Assembly: GCA_002763115.1 (NCBI GenBank)
Contig: PFCW01000010.1
Span: 17,211 to 41,210 of the forward strand
From: Candidatus Pacearchaeota archaeon CG10_big_fil_rev_8_21_14_0_10_31_59
GTDB lineage: Archaea > Nanobdellota > Nanobdellia > Pacearchaeales > CG1-02-31-27
DNA length: 24,000 nt
Reading direction: 5' to 3'
Every line of letters starts with the position of its first letter. Position 1 is the first letter of the stretch. Positions 7,648 to 15,794 of this stretch are shown in pieces. The translations under genes were made by a program, and so were the position numbers. The notes beneath the pieces are model-generated. The model made no database searches. It saw only the letters and a program-made list of their open reading frames with translations, and was not told where the DNA came from.

Positions 7648-8223
7648 TTAACCCAAAACTTCTTTTGTGTTTTTTAGCAATTGTTTTATTGCTTCATCTA
7701 ATTGCTGTCTGTTTTTAGTTCCAGTGCATACCAATTTTCCATTCGAGAACAACAAGAAAGTTGCTGTTGGTTCAATTAATTTGTAAACCAAACCAGGGAA
7801 TTGTTCTGGTTCATATTCTGTGTTTTTAAGTAACAAAGCCAATTGATTCAAATTCAAATTGATGTCGATAAATCCGCTTGCAACAATATTCTGAACTGTT
7901 ATCTTTGGTTTCTCTGTAACCTTTACTCCAATTTTTTTCAACTGTTTTATAACATTCTGAATAACTTCTTTTACTTGGACAACAGATTTTGTTCCTGTGC
8001 ATACTAAATTTCCCGACGAGAAAACCAAGACAGCTGACTTTGGTTTTTTTATTCTTAAAACCAAACCAGGAAACTGTTCAGGATTGTATTCAGTATTTGC
8101 GTTGCTTTTTGCCAATTTTACCAATGGAACATCTTTTTTCAACGACGTTGTTGCAACAATATTCTGAATGCTTAACTTAAAAACCTCTTTTGGAACTTTT
8201 ACTTTTTTCTCACTTTTTTCCAT
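7648..8223 (-). CDS. tbp: TATA-box binding protein
   Basis: It has two direct TBP repeats: QNIVATTSL...NPEQFPGLVLRIKKPKSAVLVFSSGNLVCTGTKS and QNIVASGFI...EPEQFPGLVYKLIEPTATFLLFSNGKLVCTGTKN. Confidence 0.97.
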   Translation of the reverse strand: MEKSEKKVKVPKEVFKLSIQNIVATTSLKKDVPLVKLAKSNANTEYNPEQFPGLVLRIKKPKSAVLVFSSGNLVCTGTKSVVQVKEVIQNVIKQLKKIGVKVTEKPKITVQNIVASGFIDINLNLNQLALLLKNTEYEPEQFPGLVYKLIEPTATFLLFSNGKLVCTGTKNRQQLDEAIKQLLKNTKEVLG

Positions 8224-8303
8224 TTTTTTACCACTAAACTATATAGATATATTTATAAATTGATTTATAAAGCTTTGCATTACAAAAAAGGAGATATTCT
8301 CGA

Positions 8304-9254
8304 TTAAAGCAAATCTAATTTGTAAAATAAAATCCCTAAAAATGTTGCTATGATCAAGGAACCGCCAGTTACAATCCAGAAAGCATAAGGATGATTTTGT
8401 AATGGCAGATTAACATTCATGCCGTATAAAGACGCAACAGCAACGGGAATTGTCACGATTAATGTAACAGAAGTCAGAAATTTAACAATTCTACTCATTC
8501 TATTCGATATCAATGAAGAATAAGCATGAGTTGTGTTGTTCACAATATCTCTATAAACTTTCGTCATTTCCAGAGCCTGCTTGTTTTCAATTATAATATT
8601 TTCAAGCAAGTCAACATCCTCATCAAAAAGTTTTAATCTATTGCCCCTTAATATTTTTTCTATAACAGTTCCATTTGCCGCTATGGACGTATCGAAAAAA
8701 ACTAGAGATTTTTGCATGTCCAGCATCTTTATGACGTATTTGCTTTTTTGAGTTTTTCTTATTTCTTTTTCAACAGACTCTATATCTTTTTCAATCTCGT
8801 TCAAACTGTTAAGATAATATTTATCCATCCTGTATAAAATTTGCAATAGAAATCTGTGTCTTTTTGTTGTATGCCAGTCCTTGATTTTTTCCTCAGCAAA
8901 ATCTTCCAAGATATTATTTCTTACTTTTGATATTGTTATTATGTTTTCTTTTACAAGTATAATTCCTAACGGCAAAGTTTCAAATCTTAGATCTTTTCCT
9001 TTTCTGTTTTTCTTTTCTATTTTGTAAGGGAATCTCAGAACAATGAATACAATACCATCTTCATTTTCTATTCTTGGTTTTTCATCCTCATCCAGACTTG
9101 CTCTGACAAAATCCTCGGGAATTTTAAATTCCCCGATAATTTTTTTAATTTCACCATTTTTGGGATTAATCATCTTTATCCAAGAACCCTTTTCAAAATT
9201 TTTAATTTTTTTAATCCTTTTATCTTCAACTCTTTTTCTGTACACCTCTATCAT
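8304..9254 (-). CDS. corA: CorA-family magnesium/cobalt transporter
   Basis: 316 aa with a cytoplasmic N-domain and two C-terminal TM helices. The diagnostic YGMNV (GMN) motif lies in ASLYGMNVNLP. Confidence 0.9.
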   Translation of the reverse strand: MIEVYRKRVEDKRIKKIKNFEKGSWIKMINPKNGEIKKIIGEFKIPEDFVRASLDEDEKPRIENEDGIVFIVLRFPYKIEKKNRKGKDLRFETLPLGIILVKENIITISKVRNNILEDFAEEKIKDWHTTKRHRFLLQILYRMDKYYLNSLNEIEKDIESVEKEIRKTQKSKYVIKMLDMQKSLVFFDTSIAANGTVIEKILRGNRLKLFDEDVDLLENIIIENKQALEMTKVYRDIVNNTTHAYSSLISNRMSRIVKFLTSVTLIVTIPVAVASLYGMNVNLPLQNHPYAFWIVTGGSLIIATFLGILFYKLDLL

Positions 9255-9299
9255 CTTAGATTAAGAATTTTTTTCTTTTTAAAAGTTTCTTAAATAGAA

Positions 9300-9438
9300 C
9301 GGGTCCACGGGGAATTGAACCCTGATCAACCGCTTTCTCCTAGCAATCTGCTAATGTATTTTCTCTACATTGAATCTCTCTTTTCTAAAGAGACATCTCA
9401 TCCGAAGGCGGGTGCTCTATCCGTTGAGCTATGGACCC
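9300..9438 (-). tRNA. tRNA-Arg (anticodon UCG) with a 67-nt intron at 37/38
   Basis: Acceptor GGGTCCA/TGGACCC, D arm GCTC-AACGGATA-GAGC, anticodon loop CTTCGG|intron|A, T loop TTCAATT. Two non-Watson-Crick pairs in my fold (C27.U43 and A50.C64) and a 4-nt variable loop lower the confidence. Exons are 9402..9438 and 9300..9334. Confidence 0.7.
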
Positions 9439-9458
9439 AATAATTAAAAAGAAATCAG

Positions 9459-9467
9459 ATATAAAAA
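9459..9467 (-). promoter_or_regulatory. TATA box (minus strand TTTTTATAT) for tRNA-Arg
   Basis: It is centred ~25 nt upstream of the mature tRNA 5' end at 9438. Confidence 0.5.
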
Positions 9468-9476
9468 TGTTTAGAA

Positions 9477-10004
9477 TTAAATAAAATCACTTATCTTATG
9501 TTTTAATTCTAAATAAATCAGCCATAAAATTAATAGCAATCCTTCAAGTGCAGCCAGCATATTAGACTGGAAATTTTCTGGTAGAAATCCAAGTAAATTC
9601 AAACCAAATCTTTGTGTTGTCAAAGGCCAAAGCAAAGCTATTGTACTTTGTAATAACCAGTCAAGCAACAAATGGGATGAAAAACCTACAGCAATCATAA
9701 TAAAAATCATTCCAAGATTTAATTTATGCTTTCTTAGTTTTCCGATATTTACTTTTAGAGTTGCTATTCCTATAGTTAAAAACGAACCAACAAAAAATAT
9801 TGAATGTGTGAATGTCCTGTGAACCGCATACCAGGCAGTTTCCTTAACAAACAAATTCATAAACCAGAACAAAGCAATGTCCAAATCAGGTAGAACTCCG
9901 GCAATAGCGGCAATCAAAACATAATGCAGGGAAAATTTTTTCTTGTTTTTTATGCAATAATCTCTAATTAAACCAATTACAATCAACGGAATTAAAATAT
10001 GCAA
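9477..10004 (-). CDS. Membrane-bound metal-dependent hydrolase, YdjM/DUF457-like
   Basis: Polytopic membrane protein with His-rich motifs (HRTFTHSIFF, SSHLLLDW). The ORF-track start is TTG and there is no in-frame ATG upstream (a stop lies 7 codons up), so the start is uncertain. Confidence 0.6.
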   Translation of the reverse strand: MHILIPLIVIGLIRDYCIKNKKKFSLHYVLIAAIAGVLPDLDIALFWFMNLFVKETAWYAVHRTFTHSIFFVGSFLTIGIATLKVNIGKLRKHKLNLGMIFIMIAVGFSSHLLLDWLLQSTIALLWPLTTQRFGLNLLGFLPENFQSNMLAALEGLLLILWLIYLELKHKISDFI

Positions 10005-10093
10005 AATTGGACCTGGAATTTTTCACTTCTTATATATTCTAATGTATATATTAAAAAACATAGTTTTATAAAATTTTATTTGTTAATTTTTTC

Positions 10094-11230
10094 ATGAAAA
10101 AATCAGGAAATTTTAAAACTCTTGTTGCTGCTGTCGGGACATTGACAGGAACTGTTATTGGAGCAGGAATTTTAGGATTACCTTACGTAATCGCAAAATC
10201 CGGATTTTTAATCGGTGTGATTCATATAGTTCTTTTGGGTTTAATCATACTCCTTATTAATCTTTATATCGGAGAAATTTCTTTAAGAACAAAAGGAAAT
10301 CACCAGCTTCCAGGTTATGCAAATAAATACATTGGAAAACCAGGAAAAATTTTTATGATTATTATGATGCTTTTTGGAGTTTATTCCGCATTAATAGCCT
10401 ATCTTTTGGGAATTGGGGAAAGTTTATCTTTTGTTATTTTCGGAAACTTGAATTTAAGCCTGCTTTTTTTGATTATTGTAGGGGTTATAATTTCTGTAAT
10501 AATTGCTTTTGGATTAAAAGCTTTAAGAAAAGTCGAAGGTGTCGGAATATTTTTAATAATCGGAACTGTTTTGGTGATTTTGATTTTTTTTGCAACCAAA
10601 ATTAAAGTTTCTAATTTAACTTACATAAATCCAGCACTTATGTTTCTTCCTTATGGTGTTGTTTTGTTTGCTTTGCTGGGTTTTGACATCATGCCTGAGA
10701 TGGAACTAGTATTAAAAGGAAAAGAAAAATTATTGAAAAAAGCAATTATCATCGGTTCCTTGATTCCAATCGCAATTTACATTGTTTTTGTTCTTGCTGT
10801 TGTTGGTTTTTCAGGACTATCATCTCCAGAGATAGCAACTTTCGCGCTAGGACGATTGCCAACTTTATTAGGTATTTTCACCATGTTCACATCTTTAGTA
10901 GCATTAAGTTTTGTCTTAAGAGACATGTATGTGTTTGACATGAAACTAGGAAAAATCCTTGCATGGTTTTTGGTTACAATAGTTCCATTAATAGCTACAC
11001 TATTAATTTTTATTTTTAAGGCAGCAACTTTCACCCAAATTTTAGGTCTTGCTGGTTCTGTTACAGGCGGTTTGACAGGAATCTTAATTTTAATTATGAA
11101 TAAAAAAGCAAAAAAATTCGGAGACAGAAAGCCGGAATACGAATTAAAACTTCCATGGGTTTTGTTGATAATATTGGCAATTATGTTTATTTTAGGTATC
11201 TTCTATGAGATTTACATGCTATTCTTATAG
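10094..11230 (+). CDS. Amino-acid permease (aromatic/neutral amino-acid transporter family, ~11 TM)
   Basis: 378 aa and highly hydrophobic. The N-terminal GTVIGAGILGLPYVIAKSGFLIG is typical of Aa_trans/Trp-Tyr permease families. Confidence 0.7.
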   Translation: MKKSGNFKTLVAAVGTLTGTVIGAGILGLPYVIAKSGFLIGVIHIVLLGLIILLINLYIGEISLRTKGNHQLPGYANKYIGKPGKIFMIIMMLFGVYSALIAYLLGIGESLSFVIFGNLNLSLLFLIIVGVIISVIIAFGLKALRKVEGVGIFLIIGTVLVILIFFATKIKVSNLTYINPALMFLPYGVVLFALLGFDIMPEMELVLKGKEKLLKKAIIIGSLIPIAIYIVFVLAVVGFSGLSSPEIATFALGRLPTLLGIFTMFTSLVALSFVLRDMYVFDMKLGKILAWFLVTIVPLIATLLIFIFKAATFTQILGLAGSVTGGLTGILILIMNKKAKKFGDRKPEYELKLPWVLLIILAIMFILGIFYEIYMLFL

Positions 11231-11471
11231 TTCAGAATACAAATTCTTTTATAAAACAAATTTCTATCTTTTTTATGTCAAAAGAGGGATGTGATGTACG
11301 ATCAATACGGTTTCTATCAATCGAGGATGCTCGGAAAAATCCCTCGGAGTTAGATTATTATCGTTAAAGAGATTGCACTATTCACTATTGTGAAATTTAT
11401 GAAGGATTAATCCTACCAATTATTTATAATAATCATCACTGTTTTTGCTGCGAACATAACGCAGATATAAC

Positions 11472-12050
11472 TCATTTATTCGAAGAAACCAAAAGATAAA
11501 ACTTCTCAATCTTCTTCCCTACTTTTTCCAGATTAAAATTTGCCTCTTTAACAAGAATTTTTATATAATTATCATCAACAAGCAACTTGTTTTTTACTAA
11601 AGGCAAGGATATAACTTCTGTTGAGAGCAATTCACACACCACTCTTCTTGATGAAGCAATTATTGCGGACTTTTTCCAGCCGGAAAGTTTTGCTTTGTTC
11701 ACCAAATCTTGAGCATCTTTGATTGTTTTGCAGCAAACATGCAAAATGCAAGGTTCTTGCTTAAACCAAACTTCCTTGTTTTTTATTTTCTTAAGGGCGT
11801 TTTTAATTTCATCAAAGGAAGTTTTTTCATGCGTCATAAACAGAAAAGCGTTCGGCTCTTTCTTCTTTATTGTTCTGACAAAAATAATTCTTCCAGCGCA
11901 ACTCGATGTTGTATAATAATTCTTTTTCGAATTTATCAGATTTATTAAAGGCAAAATCTGTTTGTCTATCGAACCTTTAAAGGATTTGTCTGGTTTGTCC
12001 GCTTTTCCTATTTTTTCCAAAATTCTTTTTTTGTCCTGTTCGAACGTCAT
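11472..12050 (-). CDS. taw3: tRNA wybutosine-synthesizing protein 3 homolog (TYW3/Taw3 methyltransferase)
   Basis: KGSIDKQILPLINLINSKKNYYTTSSCAGRI is the characteristic TYW3 N-terminal motif, and the size (192 aa) is typical. Confidence 0.85.
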   Translation of the reverse strand: MTFEQDKKRILEKIGKADKPDKSFKGSIDKQILPLINLINSKKNYYTTSSCAGRIIFVRTIKKKEPNAFLFMTHEKTSFDEIKNALKKIKNKEVWFKQEPCILHVCCKTIKDAQDLVNKAKLSGWKKSAIIASSRRVVCELLSTEVISLPLVKNKLLVDDNYIKILVKEANFNLEKVGKKIEKFYLLVSSNK

Positions 12051-12146
12051 GTTAAAATATTTAAACTTTGTTTGATTATAAATTTTATGTCTAAAACGCT
12101 AATAAGAGCGTTTTTGATCATCCCAAAAATTTGAAGAATTTTTGAT

Positions 12147-12779
12147 ATGTTAAGGGTAAGTTTAACTGGGCCGGGAAATATTGACCATCATTTTTCTAAA
12201 TTGCTCAATATTCCAACAAATAAATTTGAAAAACATGTAAACGAAATAGCTAAAGTTTTGGCTGATTCCGGAAATGAAATAATTTTTTTGCTGGATAGGG
12301 GGGTTGCTTTTGAAATTGCAAAAAAATACAAAGAGTTTAATGGCAGAAAAGTTTTTGGTGCAGTTCCAAAACAAGATAAGAACTTTGGAATAAAACATTT
12401 GCAGCCATACATTACTATTGTTGATGAAATTATTGATACAGACAACTGGTATAAACAGGACATGATAAATGCTATTCTGGGAGATGTTGTTTTGATGCTT
12501 GGAAATTCCTTAGGTTCCTTAAGGGAAATAACAGCAGGATTTTATCTTTACAAATTGTTCCAGGGAGAAAAACCGAAAGTTGATGTAACAAATAAAAGAA
12601 TTCATAAAGACGCTGTTGCTGGAGACAATATTCCATTTACATTATTAATTTACAAGCCATTTTTCAAGAAAAAGCTAAATTATGAAATAGAAGTTTATAT
12701 CAAAAAATCCAAGGGACAGATTTTTTATATTAAGAATGCGAGACATCTAAAGAAAATTCTTGAACTACTTTCTGCTTAA
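12147..12779 (+). CDS. Divergent LOG/SLOG-like Rossmann-fold protein (TIGR00725-like architecture with degenerate motifs)
   Basis: The pattern RVSLTGPGN...VAFEIAKKYKEFNGRKVFGAVP...GDVVLMLGNSLGSLREI parallels the LOG-family layout, but the canonical GGGxGxMG and PGGxGTxxE motifs are not conserved. Confidence 0.4.
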   Translation: MLRVSLTGPGNIDHHFSKLLNIPTNKFEKHVNEIAKVLADSGNEIIFLLDRGVAFEIAKKYKEFNGRKVFGAVPKQDKNFGIKHLQPYITIVDEIIDTDNWYKQDMINAILGDVVLMLGNSLGSLREITAGFYLYKLFQGEKPKVDVTNKRIHKDAVAGDNIPFTLLIYKPFFKKKLNYEIEVYIKKSKGQIFYIKNARHLKKILELLSA

Positions 12780-13211
12780 TTTCACAATATAAATTATTGA
12801 GGCAATCAATGCCAGAGCACCATCAATAACTCTGCCTTCTATAATCAAAAGTAGAGAAATTATAAGCAAAAATACTGCCCAGCCCATTTTTCTCGTTTCT
12901 TTTACTCTGTGGTTAATTAAAAATATCAATAAACCTAAGATAATCCATATACTTCCCAAAATGACCATCTCTCCGAATGTTAAATATTTCAACAATTCTT
13001 GCTGGACTTGAATAAAAACATCTATTTTTACAAAAGAGACAAGCAACATAAAAACACCGTTTATAATTGATAAAACAACCGATATGAGAACAAGAATGTT
13101 AGCTCCGTTCAGCTTTTCAGCTTTTGGTGGAACTAACGCTGGTTTGGATTTTCTCTCTAAATTAGAATATATAGAACTCTTTCCTCTCTTTCCCATACGT
13201 CTCTTCGCCAT
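12765..13211 (-). CDS. Hypothetical integral membrane protein (~4 TM, basic N-terminus)
   Basis: 148-aa ORF starting MAKRRMGKRGKSS, followed by hydrophobic helices. Its 3' end overlaps the convergent 12147..12779 gene by 15 nt. Confidence 0.55.
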   Translation of the reverse strand: MAKRRMGKRGKSSIYSNLERKSKPALVPPKAEKLNGANILVLISVVLSIINGVFMLLVSFVKIDVFIQVQQELLKYLTFGEMVILGSIWIILGLLIFLINHRVKETRKMGWAVFLLIISLLLIIEGRVIDGALALIASIIYIVKLSRK

Positions 13212-13365
13212 CTTTTATTAAAGAAATTGCAATTTAAAAATGTTTTTATTATGTTAAAAAATAGAAAATTATAATTTTTAAATTTTTCAGAATATTTTCT
13301 ATTTTTGGCATCCCAAAAATCCTTAATGGATTTTTTTGATATATTTTATACAATATATTTTGCAA

Positions 13366-13545
13366 TTAAGTATGTGGATGTTTCATGTCTGGTCCTGTAT
13401 AATCATATTCTCTTTTTACTGGAACTAAACCCAACAAAAACAAAGCAAACAAGAAAAAGAGATAATACAATGGTTTCCAGAAAATACCTGAAATTCCCAA
13501 CAATCCCAACCATCCAAAATTAGCTAATCTATTATCCATCCGCAT
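13366..13545 (-). CDS. Unannotated 59-aa two-TM miniprotein (MRMDNRLANFGWLGLLG... family), copy A
   Basis: Hand translation gives MRMDNRLANFGWLGLLGISGIFWKPLYYLFFLFALFLLGLVPVKREYDYTGPDMKHPHT*. It starts 10 nt after the asnS stop. A paralog at 23844 conserves the protein sequence (LFALFLLGL) through synonymous nucleotide differences. It falls below the ORF-track length cut-off. Confidence 0.7.
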   Translation of the reverse strand: MRMDNRLANFGWLGLLGISGIFWKPLYYLFFLFALFLLGLVPVKREYDYTGPDMKHPHT

Positions 13546-13550
13546 TTTAA
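13499..13550 (-). repeat. 52-bp exact repeat (inverted relative to 23839..23890) covering 5 nt of leader plus the first 47 nt (15 full codons and 2 nt of the 16th) of the miniprotein gene
   Basis: The reverse complement of 13499..13550 equals 23839..23890 base for base (ttaaaATGCGGATGGATAATAGATTAGCTAATTTTGGATGGTTGGGATTGTT). Confidence 0.9.
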
Positions 13551-13554
13551 TCCA

Positions 13555-14868
13555 TTAAGGTCTCGTTCTATTCATCGTCCTCGGGAAAGGAATTGCATCC
13601 TTGATGTTTTCCAGACCACAAATCCAGGAGATGAACCTTTCAACTCCCAAACCAAAACCTCCATGAGGAACACTTCCGTATCTTCTTGTGTCAAGATAAA
13701 AATCATACTGTTCTATTTTTTCGCCTTCCTCCTTTAATCTTTTTTTGATTTTTTCAATATCAGATTCTCTTTCCGAACCTCCGATAATCTCGCCGTAATT
13801 TTCAGGAGCTATAAAATCAACTCCGTTGACAACCGGCTTGTCTTTTTTGCTGTCATCAGGTTCTTTCATATAAAATGCCTTGACTTGTTTGGGATATCGT
13901 GTTACAGCTACTGGGGTATCAAACAAAGAACTTAGCTTGTCCTCTTCAATAGTTCTCAAGTCCTTACCCCATGGAATCTCCATTTTGAATTTTTCCTTTA
14001 ATAATTTCAGAACTTCAGCATAAGTTATTCTAGGAAATTTTTTTTTCAATGTTGGTTCTAATTTTTTTACATCTCTCTCCAGAATTTCCAAATCAGATTT
14101 GTTATTTTCAAGAACTTTTTTTACAACATGCTTGATTAATTCCTCACCATATTTTATAATTTCATCAAAATTTGCCCAAGCAACTTCCATTTCAGCATGC
14201 CAGTATTCTGTTAAATGTCTGCTTGTTTTGGAAGCTTCTGCTCTAAATGATGGTGCTATTGTGTAAATTTTTTCCAAAGCAAAAATTTCCGGTTCTGCAT
14301 ACAACTGCCATGTTTGAGCCAAGAACACATCTTTCTTGCCGAAATAATCAACATGAAATAAAGTTGAACCTCCTTCGCACTGAACTGACTGAAATATCGG
14401 ACTTTGGTATTCATAAAATCCTTTGCTTCTAAAATATTCATGTATTGCGCCAAAGACAGTTGAACGAATTTTCATTATAGCAGTCATTTTTCTGGAGCGA
14501 AGCCAAAGATGTCTTCTATCTAACAACAATTCTTCGTTCAAGTCCTTTGTAATTGGAAATATCTCAGAATAGCTTATAACTTTCAACTTTAAAACTTCAA
14601 TCTCGAAGCCAGTAGGAGCCCTTTTTTCCTCTTTTATATCTCCTTCAATTTCCATAGAACTTTCAATAAGAACTTTTTGCAAATCATTCCATTCTTTTTC
14701 TGAAACTGTATCCTTTTTAATGACACATTGAATTATATCTGAAGAATCTCTTAAAACAATAAAAACCATATCTTTCTGCTTTCTCTCTCTATGAACCCAA
14801 CCACGAATAGAAACTTTGCCTTTTGCTTTTTCAATTGCTTCTTGAATTGAGATGAATTTTTCTTTCAT
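13555..14868 (-). CDS. asnS: Asparaginyl-tRNA synthetase (class IIb)
   Basis: Motifs: CEGGSTLF, APSFRAEASKTSRHLTEYWHAEME, YPKQVKAFYMKE, APENYGEIIGGSERE, YLDTRRYGSVPHGGFGLGVERFISW...FPRTMNRTRP. These follow archaeal AsnRS rather than AspRS (FRAE-xS, RYGSVPH, FPRT). Confidence 0.9.
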   Translation of the reverse strand: MKEKFISIQEAIEKAKGKVSIRGWVHRERKQKDMVFIVLRDSSDIIQCVIKKDTVSEKEWNDLQKVLIESSMEIEGDIKEEKRAPTGFEIEVLKLKVISYSEIFPITKDLNEELLLDRRHLWLRSRKMTAIMKIRSTVFGAIHEYFRSKGFYEYQSPIFQSVQCEGGSTLFHVDYFGKKDVFLAQTWQLYAEPEIFALEKIYTIAPSFRAEASKTSRHLTEYWHAEMEVAWANFDEIIKYGEELIKHVVKKVLENNKSDLEILERDVKKLEPTLKKKFPRITYAEVLKLLKEKFKMEIPWGKDLRTIEEDKLSSLFDTPVAVTRYPKQVKAFYMKEPDDSKKDKPVVNGVDFIAPENYGEIIGGSERESDIEKIKKRLKEEGEKIEQYDFYLDTRRYGSVPHGGFGLGVERFISWICGLENIKDAIPFPRTMNRTRP

Positions 14869-15027
14869 TTTTCCTTTTCCATCTTTTATTTTTTATCATA
14901 TCTCCATGATTAAAGGAAAATACTTCTTTTAATTTTTTGCATTTTTCAAATTCACAACAACACCAACATCCCCTTAATTTCTTATGAAAGAATCCTTTAA
15001 AAGGTTTATGATTTTTGGTTAATTAAG

Positions 15028-15363
15028 TTATTGTTCCTTAAAAAAGATAGACGCTTGTCTTCTGTCAGAAGGGTCGTATTTTGAATAGTAAATTAATAAA
15101 ACAAAATGTCTTCCATTGTAAACCGCATGATTAAAAGAATCAAGGTTTGGCAATACAGCAGATTTAATAAATCCCAGTACTTTTTGGGATGTTTCATCTG
15201 AATCAGCCCGATATGGTTGACATGGAATCATGTATTGATTCTCTCTCCTTTTTGTTTGAATTCTTAATCCTTTAATATCTCCCTCTTCAAGCAGATTTAT
15301 CAAATTCCCATTTCTATCAAAAATATTTCTTATTTCTATTTGTTCAATTTCTTTTATTGCCAT
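15028..15363 (-). CDS. Hypothetical protein, no recognisable family
   Basis: 111-aa ORF with coding-like composition. It is divergently arranged from the 15494 operon. Confidence 0.5.
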   Translation of the reverse strand: MAIKEIEQIEIRNIFDRNGNLINLLEEGDIKGLRIQTKRRENQYMIPCQPYRADSDETSQKVLGFIKSAVLPNLDSFNHAVYNGRHFVLLIYYSKYDPSDRRQASIFFKEQ

Positions 15364-15430
15364 AAATAATCAAAAAATCCAAACTATTTAAACCTTTCTA
15401 TTTTGTATCCATTGTTTAGTAACAACAACC

Positions 15431-15446
15431 AAAAGATTTATAAATA
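15431..15446 (+). promoter_or_regulatory. BRE/TATA-like promoter (aaaagaTTTATAAATA) for the 15494..16415 gene pair
   Basis: Same word as at 296 and 22338. It lies ~50 nt upstream of the ATG at 15494. Confidence 0.45.
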
Positions 15447-15493
15447 AGTGATTACTTAGTAATAGTATCAAAATAAAATTTGTAGAGTAAAAA

Positions 15494-15793
15494 ATGGAAT
15501 ATTTAAGACAAACTCGTAAAGAAAGTATAGGGGAAGAAATAAGAATAAAATCTAGCAGAAACTATGCTTTAGCAGAACAATTTGCAACAGAAAAGCCCTC
15601 CAGTTTTAAAGATTTCTCTGTGGGATATGTTGGACCTGAAGACCAAGATGTTAAAAGACAAAGAGGAGTGGAGATTGATGAAAAAATGCTTGACAGAGTA
15701 GGAATCACTAAATTGAGCCAAGAAGAAACCAAAAAAGTTGGGGGATTACTAAATTTAATTGGGCTTAAAACAAGAATAGGAATCGTTAAATAA
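15494..15793 (+). CDS. Hypothetical protein, no recognisable family
   Basis: 99-aa ORF. Its stop TAA (15791..15793) is followed after 1 nt by the next ATG, which suggests translational coupling. Confidence 0.5.
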   Translation: MEYLRQTRKESIGEEIRIKSSRNYALAEQFATEKPSSFKDFSVGYVGPEDQDVKRQRGVEIDEKMLDRVGITKLSQEETKKVGGLLNLIGLKTRIGIVK

Positions 15794-15794
15794 A

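Noticed and set aside
9300-9438. Considered calling tRNA-Arg a pseudogene because of two mismatched stem pairs
   Set aside because: The acceptor, D and T arms, the U33, G37 and C61 positions, the promoter spacing and a BHB-compatible intron are all intact. The mismatches may reflect my hand fold, so it is kept as a tRNA with reduced confidence.
12093-12149. An 8-bp perfect hairpin AAAACGCT-AATAAG-AGCGTTTT followed by T5, plus a ~40-bp motif (TTTTTG..CATCCCAAAAAT...TTTTTGATAT) that recurs at 13302..13342
   Set aside because: The shared exact core is only 12 nt, and the flanks are A/T homopolymer-rich. Matches of this size are expected by chance in A+T-rich DNA of this length. The hairpin sits in a divergent promoter region where a terminator makes little sense. 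It is kept only as a note for genome-wide motif counting.
6972-12463. Other antisense or overlapping track ORFs (6972..7247, 7247..7447, 7989..8180, 9043..9264, 10399..10599, 10777..11034, 11709..11948, 11719..11916, 12162..12398, 12188..12463)
   Set aside because: These are shadows of better-supported genes on the opposite strand, and none has recognisable motifs.
13305-13523. Track ORF (+, 72 aa, TTG start)
   Set aside because: It is antisense to the 59-aa miniprotein ORF, whose frame is supported by a diverged paralog that conserves the protein sequence.
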